Origin: a virus
Taxonomy: Duplodnaviria > Heunggongvirae > Uroviricota > Caudoviricetes
DNA length: 64,000 nucleotides
Virus record (IMG/VR): IMGVR_UViG_3300012324_000010
Strand: one strand, 5' to 3'
Shown here: positions 1 to 9,172 of the stretch, in pieces
Numbering within the stretch: position 1 is the stretch's first letter
How the letters are laid out: each line of letters begins with the position of its first letter
Notes under the pieces: generated by a model
What the model was told of the DNA's origin: nothing
The model's database searches: none
What the model saw: only the letters and a program-made list of their open reading frames with translations
Program-made: the position numbers and the translations under genes

Positions 1-4
1 TAAT

Positions 5-1822
5 ATGCACTGCTACAGTCTTACTGACAATCAAAACAATACTATGCTGTCTGTTGTTGTGTTTTGCACCCCGCGCACTTCCAAAAAACGTGAGCAATAT
101 CGTTTTGAACTGTTGCGTATGTGTTTCAAGCCTGGGGTTACGGTTGTAGGTGGTGCTTCTAAGATGATTAAGGCTTTTATAGATGATGTAAATCCTCCTG
201 ATTTTTTCACCTATCAAAGCACTGCTGGAAAAACTACTGATGTGTACATCAAATCAGGCATGTCCCTTGTCCAAAAGGCTAGGGATAAAAAGATCTTAGT
301 CAAAGATGGTCTAACACAGCACACAGCTAAAAACAACCGCTCTGATTGGTTTTCTATGGAGCAGGTAAGCAGGATCGGCCCAGATAGGTTGCTCGGAACT
401 AGCTTAGGTGAAAGAGTGGATTCTGTTGGCAATCGACTCAGTAATGTTGATCTTTTTGTGCAGTTATGTGGTTATCATATTGAGACTACCCCTGGAGATC
501 ATGTCTATGAGTGGAGAAATCCTGGGTTTGTTTTCTACACCTATAAAATCACCGCAAAAGATAGTGATAAGTATTATTTGGGGAGAAAGAGCTATTTTAG
601 TGCAGATGGGCGCTGGACAACCAAGGATCTTTTAGAAGATGGGTATTACGGTTCAGGTGGTGCTAAGTATAAGAACTGGCTTAAAAGACACAAGGATAAC
701 CTGATCAAGGAGATTGTTGAGGTTCAGCACACTTGGGCTAAGTCAGTTGCATCTGAAAAAAGTCTCATTGGCGATCTTTATAAAAGCGATCCTTTGTGTC
801 TTAATTCTATGCCTGGTGGTATAAGCCTAACTGGTGGAACCTATAAAAAAGAATACCACCAGGAAAAGTGCGATGTTCATGGTATGGCAACACATGATCA
901 TAAGGGTAAATGCTTGCGCTGTTTTAATAACAAGTCAATCACAGAAGCTGAATGCAGTGTGCATGGAAGAACCACCTTTCACGGTGGAGTATGCTGTAAA
1001 TGCCAAAGCGACAGTACATACCATATGGATCATTGCGAAGTACACGGTGAGAGTATCCATACCAAGAACGGATGCTATAAGTGCAATAATGCCACAGAGT
1101 TCATGACTGGATACTGTGATATTCATGGTAAGACCACTGTGACAAACAGAGGCATATGCCTATCTTGTGTTCGTTCCACCAACTGTACCATCAAGGAGTG
1201 TAAAGTACATGGCATGACAGCTCATGTGGGTGATACATGCATGAAGTGCTCCCTGGATAAGGTCTATTCATCTGATTACTGTGAGATTCATGGTAATACT
1301 ACTTTTCGCGGTGTCAACTGCACGTCCTGTACTAATGCAAGAGAAGTTATTGAAAATCAGGTATGTGATCATCATGGCGTATCTAAACATGTAAATGGTC
1401 ATTGTTATCAATGCTTTATAGATACTAATCCTGATTTCCACAACCTTATCCAATCCAGAGTGGTACGCGATGGCAAAAAACGTGACATGTTCACTTGTCC
1501 GCAGTGTAGCGGGGAATTTTTGTATATGTTCTCTAACCTTGTATCAATAGTAGCTCACAGTGATGTGCGCATAGAAGAAGTATGTCCACTATGCAGTGCG
1601 CAGAGGAAGTTGTGGGCTAAGCCTGTTTTCAAGGAAATAGAAAACTACCTCCCAGATCCCACAATAAAGTACTCCTTGGGTATTACCTCCTCCAAGGACA
1701 CCAAGAAGCGTCCCTTTGTATGCCCGAAATGCGGACATCATTTTGAGTCCTCAGTACGTAGTTTGTCAAGGAAGTTCAAATCTGGAAAGACTTTTTGTCC
1801 TGTTAAGTGCTCTTGTGGTTGA
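5..1822 (+). CDS. GIY-YIG-like endonuclease domain protein with 7 tandem C-x2-H-G...C-x2-C repeats and C-terminal zinc ribbons; possibly 5'-truncated by the window edge
   Basis: FYTYKIT...KYYLGRK...YYGSG resembles Seg-type GIY-YIG; repeats such as CDVHG...CLRC and CSVHG...CCKC; CPQC, CPLC, CPKC at the C-terminus. Confidence 0.6.
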   Translation: MHCYSLTDNQNNTMLSVVVFCTPRTSKKREQYRFELLRMCFKPGVTVVGGASKMIKAFIDDVNPPDFFTYQSTAGKTTDVYIKSGMSLVQKARDKKILVKDGLTQHTAKNNRSDWFSMEQVSRIGPDRLLGTSLGERVDSVGNRLSNVDLFVQLCGYHIETTPGDHVYEWRNPGFVFYTYKITAKDSDKYYLGRKSYFSADGRWTTKDLLEDGYYGSGGAKYKNWLKRHKDNLIKEIVEVQHTWAKSVASEKSLIGDLYKSDPLCLNSMPGGISLTGGTYKKEYHQEKCDVHGMATHDHKGKCLRCFNNKSITEAECSVHGRTTFHGGVCCKCQSDSTYHMDHCEVHGESIHTKNGCYKCNNATEFMTGYCDIHGKTTVTNRGICLSCVRSTNCTIKECKVHGMTAHVGDTCMKCSLDKVYSSDYCEIHGNTTFRGVNCTSCTNAREVIENQVCDHHGVSKHVNGHCYQCFIDTNPDFHNLIQSRVVRDGKKRDMFTCPQCSGEFLYMFSNLVSIVAHSDVRIEEVCPLCSAQRKLWAKPVFKEIENYLPDPTIKYSLGITSSKDTKKRPFVCPKCGHHFESSVRSLSRKFKSGKTFCPVKCSCG

Positions 1823-2105
1823 TTCATCCTGATTCCCTATGAAAAAGATCTCCTAGAGGGCACTTATCTAGGTAGAAATGGTCTATCTAGAAAAAACAAC
1901 CCTTCTACATGCTCTATTTGAGCCTGTGAAGGGTTGTTTTTCTATTGTGGTACAACTTTACCCAAAAGATCTATCATCCTCTTAAAATCAAAAATACAGC
2001 TGATTATACTACCTTGGAAAACTACCATTACTATAGAAATGGTATTGATTATCTAGTATAGTTGTATGCATACAACTATCAATCAACCTATCCAAAGGAA
2101 AAAGA

Positions 2106-2822
2106 ATGTCTCTTACCAAAACTGCTAAAGTAGAAAAAGCTCTTGCTCTTTGCTTAGATGCTGAATATGAGGTACAACACCTCAACAAAGCCAAAAATGA
2201 AGAAATGAAAATCATTTCTGAAAAGTATGATCAATCTATCAATGAAGCTTTCTGCAACTATAAAGAGAAAAACTACATTTTACAAAAAGAAGTAGCTGCA
2301 GTTATATCCAGAAACTCCTCTAACTGGTTTTCTGATCCTGACTTTTTCCATCTTACAGTAGAGTTATTTGAAAAAGAACACATAAGTGCTTTACTTGGCA
2401 AAGATGATGATCTTCCCATTACACAGTCCATTATAAAAACAGAACTTTTCTCTCATGATCTTGCTTCTAGATCTATTATTCCAAGTTTTGTTGCATTAGA
2501 TACTACAAAAATCCCTGCTCCTGCTATTGTTATCCCTTCTTGTGCTAGCAAAGATCAGTTAAATGATTTAGCGGATATGTTAGGAAAATATATTGATGCT
2601 GCACAACAGTATGCTTATACCATTTCACAAGGGGAAAGCTATCATGCTGAGATCCCTGTGAAAAATAGTAAAGATGGAAATACAATATGTACAATATATT
2701 CTCATTATCCTAAGAAGTTTGAGATTTCCTGTTTAGATGATGACAATGATAGTGAGGAAGGGGAATACACTCTTCTTCAAGCATTGGAAGAGGTGAAGAA
2801 GTATCCTCTTGGACAAGATTAA
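2106..2822 (+). CDS. hypothetical protein, paralog family A (with 5175-5954 and 6024-6791)
   Basis: AAGGA RBS; coiled-coil N-terminus; shares W-x2-D/E-x2-F, LxxLAxxLxxY and LLxxLxEV motifs with the paralogs. Confidence 0.8.
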   Translation: MSLTKTAKVEKALALCLDAEYEVQHLNKAKNEEMKIISEKYDQSINEAFCNYKEKNYILQKEVAAVISRNSSNWFSDPDFFHLTVELFEKEHISALLGKDDDLPITQSIIKTELFSHDLASRSIIPSFVALDTTKIPAPAIVIPSCASKDQLNDLADMLGKYIDAAQQYAYTISQGESYHAEIPVKNSKDGNTICTIYSHYPKKFEISCLDDDNDSEEGEYTLLQALEEVKKYPLGQD

Positions 2823-3029
2823 CACTCAAGATGAATAGACAAAAAAGTGCAGTTTTTCAAGGTGGATATCCTTTTACAACTGCACTTTTTATATGGGGTG
2901 TGGTTTTGTGTCCCCTCTTCCACACAGAAAACTCCACTTGATTTCTTTGTGATTTCTTTTTATAATGAGAGTCATAAAAGAAAATCAAGTACATCACTCA
3001 AAACAAAGAAAGAAAGTTATCTTAAAAAC

Positions 3030-3935
3030 ATGTCACATTTGATTATCACTCGTGGTCTTCCAGCTTCTGGTAAAAGTACCTTTGCTGCACAATGGGTTAA
3101 AGAATCTCCTGATACTAGGGTAGAAATCAACAGAGATACAATGCGTGCTGCATGTGGATTCCCTCCGCTGGGAAGTAAAGAACAAGAAAAGGCTGTTACT
3201 GTATGCTGTGATGCTTTGATGGAGGAAGCAGCATCTCGTGGTGCAGATATCATTGTTTCTAATACTAATCTTCGTGAGCGTTATATCAAGCAGCTTTTTA
3301 TCTGGGCTAATGATCATAACTACAGTGTAGAGATCAAAGATTTTGTTGTTGATCTAGATGAGCTTATCAAGCGCAACAATGATCGTGGAAACCCTGTTTC
3401 CAACAAGGTCATTGAAGATCTGTATCAAAGGTTTCCTTATAAGAACTGGGCTACAGTAGAAGATGTTGAAAAAGCATTGGGTAAGGGTGCAACCTATGCA
3501 CCTTATAAAAATGATCCGCATAACCCTACAGCCATCATTGTAGATATTGATGGTACTTTAGCTCACCATGACAATGTGCGATCTCCTTTTGAGTTTGACA
3601 AGGTAGCTTTTGATGAAGTAGATAGTTCAGTAAAAGATGCTGTGTTGTCAGCTAATCAGCATGGTCATACCATTCTAGTGGTATCAGGGCGATCTGATTC
3701 TTGCTATGAAGATACTGCACAATGGCTAGACAAGAATAGTATTCCTTATCATGATTTGTTTATGCGTTCTCGTGGTGATAAGCGCAAAGACTGGATTGTC
3801 AAAGATGAGATCATCAGAACCCATATCCAAGATAACTACTACGTTTTCTATTGTCTTGATGATAGGAATCAGGTAGTAGATCATAACCGTGCTATGGGGT
3901 ACAAGGTTTTCCAAGTGCAACCTGGTGATTTTTAG
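3030..3935 (+). CDS. pseT: polynucleotide 5'-kinase/3'-phosphatase (T4 Pnkp-like)
   Basis: P-loop GLPASGKST and NRD in the kinase half; HAD motifs DIDGT, SGR and DDR in the phosphatase half; start moved to MSHLIIT. Confidence 0.9.
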   Translation: MSHLIITRGLPASGKSTFAAQWVKESPDTRVEINRDTMRAACGFPPLGSKEQEKAVTVCCDALMEEAASRGADIIVSNTNLRERYIKQLFIWANDHNYSVEIKDFVVDLDELIKRNNDRGNPVSNKVIEDLYQRFPYKNWATVEDVEKALGKGATYAPYKNDPHNPTAIIVDIDGTLAHHDNVRSPFEFDKVAFDEVDSSVKDAVLSANQHGHTILVVSGRSDSCYEDTAQWLDKNSIPYHDLFMRSRGDKRKDWIVKDEIIRTHIQDNYYVFYCLDDRNQVVDHNRAMGYKVFQVQPGDF

Positions 3936-4067
3936 AACATTAATGCAGCCTAAGGCAAAATAGATACCTTGGACTGCATTTTTGTATATGGGTGTATTTG
4001 TGTCCCTTTTTATGGAAATCAAAAAAATGCATATCAACTTAAAAAGTTTAATATGCATTCTGCTTTG

Positions 4068-4142
4068 TCGGGATGACAGGATTCGAACCTGCGACCTCTT
4101 GTTCCCAAAACAAGTGCTCTACGCAAACTGAGCTACATCCCG
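4068..4142 (-). tRNA. tRNA-Pro (UGG)
   Basis: Cloverleaf with acceptor CGGGATG/CATCCCG, anticodon loop TTTGGGA, T-loop GGTTCGAATCC. Confidence 0.92.
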
Positions 4143-4211
4143 TTATTTGTGCTTTCTTTGCACAAGGATTTTTATCCTAGCACAAAGAAAGATCTTTTAG
4201 CAAATCTGATA

Positions 4212-4634
4212 CTATGTGATATGAAGCACACCACAATCATCAATGATTTTCACCATTGCAGAAGCAACATTCAATGGGCTGTCTTCAGTGAAGTTGAAGT
4301 TAAAACTATCATTGTGTTTTCCATCATGAATGAAAAGTGCAGATTCACCAGAGTTATAAAACTCTGCAGACCACAAGGTTTCACTATCTTTTTTAAATCT
4401 TGACATATCATCAAAGCAGGTAAGAACTACTCCTCCTGCTCCTGTGGGTACTACAAGAGTATTGCTAGCTGCTTTTCTCCTTATACCCTGCAAGAAAATA
4501 CCTGTAGCATGCAAAGTATCACGATTGATGGCTTCACCATAACCTCCACCAATCCAGTTGTCTTTTAACAGTGCTATTTTCCTTAGATCTTTTCTGCTGG
4601 AATCTGAAATATCCAAACAATCAAAGAAATCCAT
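4212..4634 (-). CDS. hypothetical protein
   Basis: 140-aa ORF with GAGGA RBS. Confidence 0.75.
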   Translation of the reverse strand: MDFFDCLDISDSSRKDLRKIALLKDNWIGGGYGEAINRDTLHATGIFLQGIRRKAASNTLVVPTGAGGVVLTCFDDMSRFKKDSETLWSAEFYNSGESALFIHDGKHNDSFNFNFTEDSPLNVASAMVKIIDDCGVLHIT

Positions 4635-4717
4635 TCTTATCCTCTCGGTAGAGCTTCTATCTTGTATCTAAATATAAGCATATCAAGTTAAAATCTCAAA
4701 GCAATAGCAAAGACATT

Positions 4718-5086
4718 CTACTGTGGAATGATATCTACTATTTCACCTGGAATTGTAGCTTGATGGATATAAGGAGTATCCATCAAATCTTGTGGAATGA
4801 TTTCACAGTTATCAGGAAACTGTTGGAAAATCTCAAAAACTGTATAAAAAGTCTTTCCCTGAAAAGAATAACCCTTATCATTTCCCTGCTTTTGATAAGA
4901 GGATAGTTTTCTTACAACGTGATGAATGTCCACACCAATATCACTATGAATGTCATGAGATACCTCTAGTACAAAGTTATCTAGAACTTGGATGGTTTCA
5001 CCCACATGAGGAATATCAACCTTGCATGCAATGGAACAAGGATGATAAGTAGCATAAGAAAAGCTATTGTGTGTGATTTGTGTCAT
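4718..5086 (-). CDS. hypothetical protein
   Basis: ORF with AAGGA RBS before MTQIT. Confidence 0.7.
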   Translation of the reverse strand: MTQITHNSFSYATYHPCSIACKVDIPHVGETIQVLDNFVLEVSHDIHSDIGVDIHHVVRKLSSYQKQGNDKGYSFQGKTFYTVFEIFQQFPDNCEIIPQDLMDTPYIHQATIPGEIVDIIPQ

Positions 5087-5174
5087 AATATATCCTTTTT
5101 GATAAAAAATGTTTCCCTTCTTGTTTAATATCAATCATAACAAAAAAGGAAAACATCTTCTACTATTTTTTCAC

Positions 5175-5954
5175 TTACTCTTCATGTGAAGAATGAATAT
5201 CTTCATTATCACTAAACCAATGATCACGTTGTACTTCTTTTAATGCTTCCAAAAGTGAAATACAACCATCAGTATTACCATTAAAGGTGTAATGACTGGT
5301 AATAACTTCAGTTTTCACCTTGTATTTTCCTGGGGCCGGGGAATAAATGCCACAGAAATCATCCTCGCAGGTTTCTTCATTTCTATCTACTGGAATATAG
5401 ATGTCATAGACACCTTTCTTTCCCTCTAGTAGGCTATGAGCAACATGAAGATAATCATCTAGGTTATATGCAAGCTTTTCTAGCTTGTCATCACTTTCAG
5501 AAGCGTCTAGATGAATAGTAGGAGTTGCAAACCTAACTTCTGACTCTTCTAGTCTTCCCTTTTCGCTATACCAAAAAAACAAGCTATGTGGCCATGTGAG
5601 ATCAGCAAAAATATCCTTAAAGCTATCATCAACAGCACTAGATACAGGGTAAAACTCGTTGTGATGAAAGAAGTTCTTAGAGGATTCTTCATACATGCAA
5701 TCCATTACAATAGTAAAAAGTTCTTCATCCTTATGCCACTGTGGGGTATTGGAAACAGCTTCAGCAACAACCTCATGCTTTGCTTTAAGCTTCTTGGCCA
5801 CTTCCTTGTTGAGAATGTCTAGTGGCTTCTTATAAAGCTTCTCAACAGCGTTGAGCTGAACTCTCCTTGCTTCAATATGATCATGATAGATTTCCCATGC
5901 TTTGTCATGATCACTATATGCATTGTTGATGTTTTCTATGTACTTGTTAGCCAT
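5175..5954 (-). CDS. hypothetical protein, paralog family A
   Basis: AAGGAG RBS before MANKY; shares SDDKLEKLAxNLDDY with 6024-6791. Confidence 0.85.
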   Translation of the reverse strand: MANKYIENINNAYSDHDKAWEIYHDHIEARRVQLNAVEKLYKKPLDILNKEVAKKLKAKHEVVAEAVSNTPQWHKDEELFTIVMDCMYEESSKNFFHHNEFYPVSSAVDDSFKDIFADLTWPHSLFFWYSEKGRLEESEVRFATPTIHLDASESDDKLEKLAYNLDDYLHVAHSLLEGKKGVYDIYIPVDRNEETCEDDFCGIYSPAPGKYKVKTEVITSHYTFNGNTDGCISLLEALKEVQRDHWFSDNEDIHSSHEE

Positions 5955-6023
5955 AGATAAGTTCTCCTTGAAAATAGATAGTGTGTGTGCTTCTTCCATT
6001 CTAGATGATGGAGAAGAACATGT

Positions 6024-6791
6024 CTACTGGAAGCTTTCCTTATATCCATACCAGTAGTTGCGGCGAACTTCCCGAAGAAGCTCTAGAAGTGAAACACAAC
6101 CTACATAGTCCACGCACTGCTTTTCATCATTGACAGCAACATCCATGGTGTATTGTCCAGGTTCAGGAGAAAAGACAGTGCTATACATACCCTCATGGTG
6201 AGGATTGAAGCAGTGATCAACCCTAAAGCGTACTTCTTCCTTAATACCTTCCTTGCTTGCTTGTGCAGAGTTAGCACGAGCAGAATGGATACTATTGATA
6301 TAATCATCCAGGTTGTGTGCAAGCTTTTCTAGCTTGTCATCACTATCAGAAGTATTAATGTGAACATCAGGAATAGGAGCATTGCGTCCATCTCCCATAT
6401 CATTCCAGTACACATTGGTGGTATCCCAGGTCATCTCTTCAAAAATGTCCTCAAAGCTACTATTCATAGCATTGGTAGCATGCAACTCATTTTCTTTCTT
6501 GTAGGAATAAGGCATAACTGCTTCTTGATGAACACAGTCCATAGCAGGAATAAAGATTTCTTCTACCTTGTACCACTGTGGGGTGTTCTCAATAGCTTTA
6601 GCAATAGCTTTGCTCTTTGCTTCTAGTACATCCCACATTTTCTCTTTGTTAGAAGAGAAAATGTCATCATAAAACTTGTTGATTTCTACAATCTTTTTCT
6701 TTTTCTCTTCCACATAGTCGTAGTGGGTATTTTCAGCATTGATATAATCCTGCTGTGCTTTCTTAATATCTTCCAGATACTTGTTAGACAT
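6024..6791 (-). CDS. hypothetical protein, paralog family A
   Basis: AAGGAG RBS; tandem paralog of 5175-5954. Confidence 0.85.
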   Translation of the reverse strand: MSNKYLEDIKKAQQDYINAENTHYDYVEEKKKKIVEINKFYDDIFSSNKEKMWDVLEAKSKAIAKAIENTPQWYKVEEIFIPAMDCVHQEAVMPYSYKKENELHATNAMNSSFEDIFEEMTWDTTNVYWNDMGDGRNAPIPDVHINTSDSDDKLEKLAHNLDDYINSIHSARANSAQASKEGIKEEVRFRVDHCFNPHHEGMYSTVFSPEPGQYTMDVAVNDEKQCVDYVGCVSLLELLREVRRNYWYGYKESFQ

Positions 6792-6986
6792 GGGTAAGTC
6801 TCCTTGAAAATAGATGGTGTTCTGTTGTGATTTCTATGGTATATGCATAGATTCTTTTTGTCTAGTTTTCTACCCCATATGGGGGGTCTTATTTGTGTCC
6901 CTTCTCCTTTTTATCTTCTTATACAAAATCAACCTTCCTACATGCAATCTCATGCACACAGAAAGGTTGCTCTCCTTTGTCAATCC

Positions 6987-7448
6987 TTAGCTTTCAAGGA
7001 TATTTTGTGTGATCTCCACATAATCAACAGATTCTAGAACATCTACAACTTCCACATCATCTTCACCATGCACTTCATAATCATAAGATCCAGTATCTTT
7101 CTCAGTGCGGAAGACAATACCATGGAAATCAGTAATGCTAGCTCCATTGAAAAGGATATTATCAATCATGTCAGTGGAAGTAATGATGTCATCACTGTCA
7201 TTCATTTTTTCCATCATTTTCTTCCACTGCAAAACAACTTCTTCTACACCACCTTGATCAAACTGAGCGTTGATATCAAAATCAAGATAGATGTAGTTGT
7301 CATCAGAAAACTTTCCACCAGTTGCTTCAATGTCTTCAATGATCTGATCTTCCCAAATATCACTCATTAAGAAGATCTCTTGTGCAGCATAAAGGTAAGC
7401 AATCTCATTGTGGTTGAGATTATTGGCAATCTCTTGTGTAGTAGTCAT
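6987..7448 (-). CDS. acidic hypothetical protein under the repeated promoter module
   Basis: AAGGAG RBS; TTGACC-17-TAAAGT promoter. Confidence 0.85.
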   Translation of the reverse strand: MTTTQEIANNLNHNEIAYLYAAQEIFLMSDIWEDQIIEDIEATGGKFSDDNYIYLDFDINAQFDQGGVEEVVLQWKKMMEKMNDSDDIITSTDMIDNILFNGASITDFHGIVFRTEKDTGSYDYEVHGEDDVEVVDVLESVDYVEITQNILES

Positions 7449-7809
7449 GGTGTTTTCTCCTTGTGTGGTGTGTTGTTTTCCTCTTGAACACTTATTACTT
7501 TAGTGGGTGAGTAAGAAGTGGTCAAGTTGTGTGGTGTGAAAACACTCCTGAAATGGGGGGTGTTCAAATTGGCATAGTTTTAAAATCACTGGTAATATTA
7601 GCAGAACATAGCACTTCCATAATGCCATGTCCCTTATTTGGATACAACTGTAGCCCTAGCCACATCACGAGAGTGAGAGGTGCAGCCACATGCACTATGG
7701 CAGAGGTGAAGCTGAAGGTTATATACCTAAGTCTAGGGCGTACAAGAATTATTGTACACAGCACATGTGCTTAATGCAAGCCACCCCCTTTTTTGATGAA
7801 GGTGTAGTT

Positions 7810-8649
7810 TTAAAATCCTAAAGCTACAAAAGAAGCAAACAAAACAGAAGAAGAAATAACAGCTTTCTTTACCATTTTTTCATTTTTATACCATTTGTCT
7901 TTTCCTGTGCTAGAAGACTGTGAGCTGATAGTAAAGCTTCTCAGATTATTGGAAGCAATATTTTCTACTATGTTTTCTGACTTTTTACCCTGATCAAAAG
8001 AGGTGGAAAATCCATAAAACTTTCCACCTAAAGAAGCAGTATAGACTCCTATAAAACCCTTTCCAGGAATCCACACAGGTCCTCCAGAATCACCCCTTTC
8101 ACCCTCTGTGTGAGAATCTCCTACAATAATACTTCCTATAGTTTTACTCACATGGCCACAGTTAATACTTCCTTGTCTTCTGCTGTACATGCACATTTCA
8201 TCACCCTGTGCAACATCAGAAATGCTTACCTTGTGATCACCAGAATACTTATTATCACCTAGAAAAACATGTCTTGTATCAACCTTGATAGCATTGAAAT
8301 CTTCACTCATTTTTTGCGGATGAAGTGCTCCAAAAGAGTTAGGCTTGTCATAGCGTGATGTAATAGTACCAATGAAATACCCTTCACCATCATGCACTTG
8401 TGAAGTCTCCCCGGAAACAGCACAGTGCTCTGCTAGATAGGCTATTCCTTGTTCTTTATCAATATATCCCACAGTGCAAGTTTTTCTTTTATCAATGAAA
8501 ACTTTATCTCCTTGAGACAAAACAGGAATATCCTGAAATACTCCCCTGCCATAGTTTCTTGCAGGTGTATCTTCTGCTATAGCATGAGGTGAGGTTAAAA
8601 GAGAAGCTATAGTGATAAAAGCTAAAAAGAACTTTTTCTTGATAGTCAT
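7810..8649 (-). CDS. secreted trypsin-like (S1) serine protease with hydrophobic C-terminus
   Basis: Signal peptide; CTVGY...AEHC (catalytic His); GDSGGP (catalytic Ser). Confidence 0.85.
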   Translation of the reverse strand: MTIKKKFFLAFITIASLLTSPHAIAEDTPARNYGRGVFQDIPVLSQGDKVFIDKRKTCTVGYIDKEQGIAYLAEHCAVSGETSQVHDGEGYFIGTITSRYDKPNSFGALHPQKMSEDFNAIKVDTRHVFLGDNKYSGDHKVSISDVAQGDEMCMYSRRQGSINCGHVSKTIGSIIVGDSHTEGERGDSGGPVWIPGKGFIGVYTASLGGKFYGFSTSFDQGKKSENIVENIASNNLRSFTISSQSSSTGKDKWYKNEKMVKKAVISSSVLFASFVALGF

Positions 8650-8861
8650 GGTGGTATGATTGATTTCCTTGATTGTTTTTTAAAATGGCTGTTTTTCACC
8701 ACAACACTATCACAAGAGAATATAAGAAAACAATCTTACCTGCAGGAATCATACAGTGTGGCTATTTGTGTCCCTTTTTGAAAAACACCATCTACACAAG
8801 AAAATCCCCTTGAACTTTGTATGAAACAAAGACAAGGGGAAGTCTCAGAGCAGCAAAGATA

Positions 8862-9169
8862 CTACTTGCTGTACTTGATATCAAATACCTCAACTACAGT
8901 GCTATTGGTGTTGTTATCGAAACGGATAACAAATAGTGGATTTCCCTTAATACTGTCATTGTAATAGATAACACCAATAACAGAGCTGTTTTCCAGACTA
9001 TTTACTTCATAGTAGACATTTTTTACCATGGAAAATAGTTCAGGGGTAAAGTCAAAGAACGGTGCTGGAGTCTTAGAATCATCATCAGACTGCATGAGAT
9101 GGAAGATGGAATGGAAGTCCTCATTGTTCTTATAAGAGTCCTCAAAATCACCAGTAGGTTCAGCTAGTA
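8862..9169 (-). pseudogene. 3' fragment of a paralog of 11588-12082, truncated at the IS607 right end
   Basis: Frame VLAEPTGDFEDS...PFFDF...PLFVIRFD aligns with LSKPTGELEES...PFFDF...PLFIIRFD; 5' half not found at the other IS end. Confidence 0.7.
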
Positions 9170-9172
9170 CCG

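Noticed and set aside
7529..7774. ORFs 7529-7774 (+) and 7564-7764 (-)
   Set aside because: No RBS, overlap with the promoter module and atypical composition; no convincing RNA fold found by eye either.
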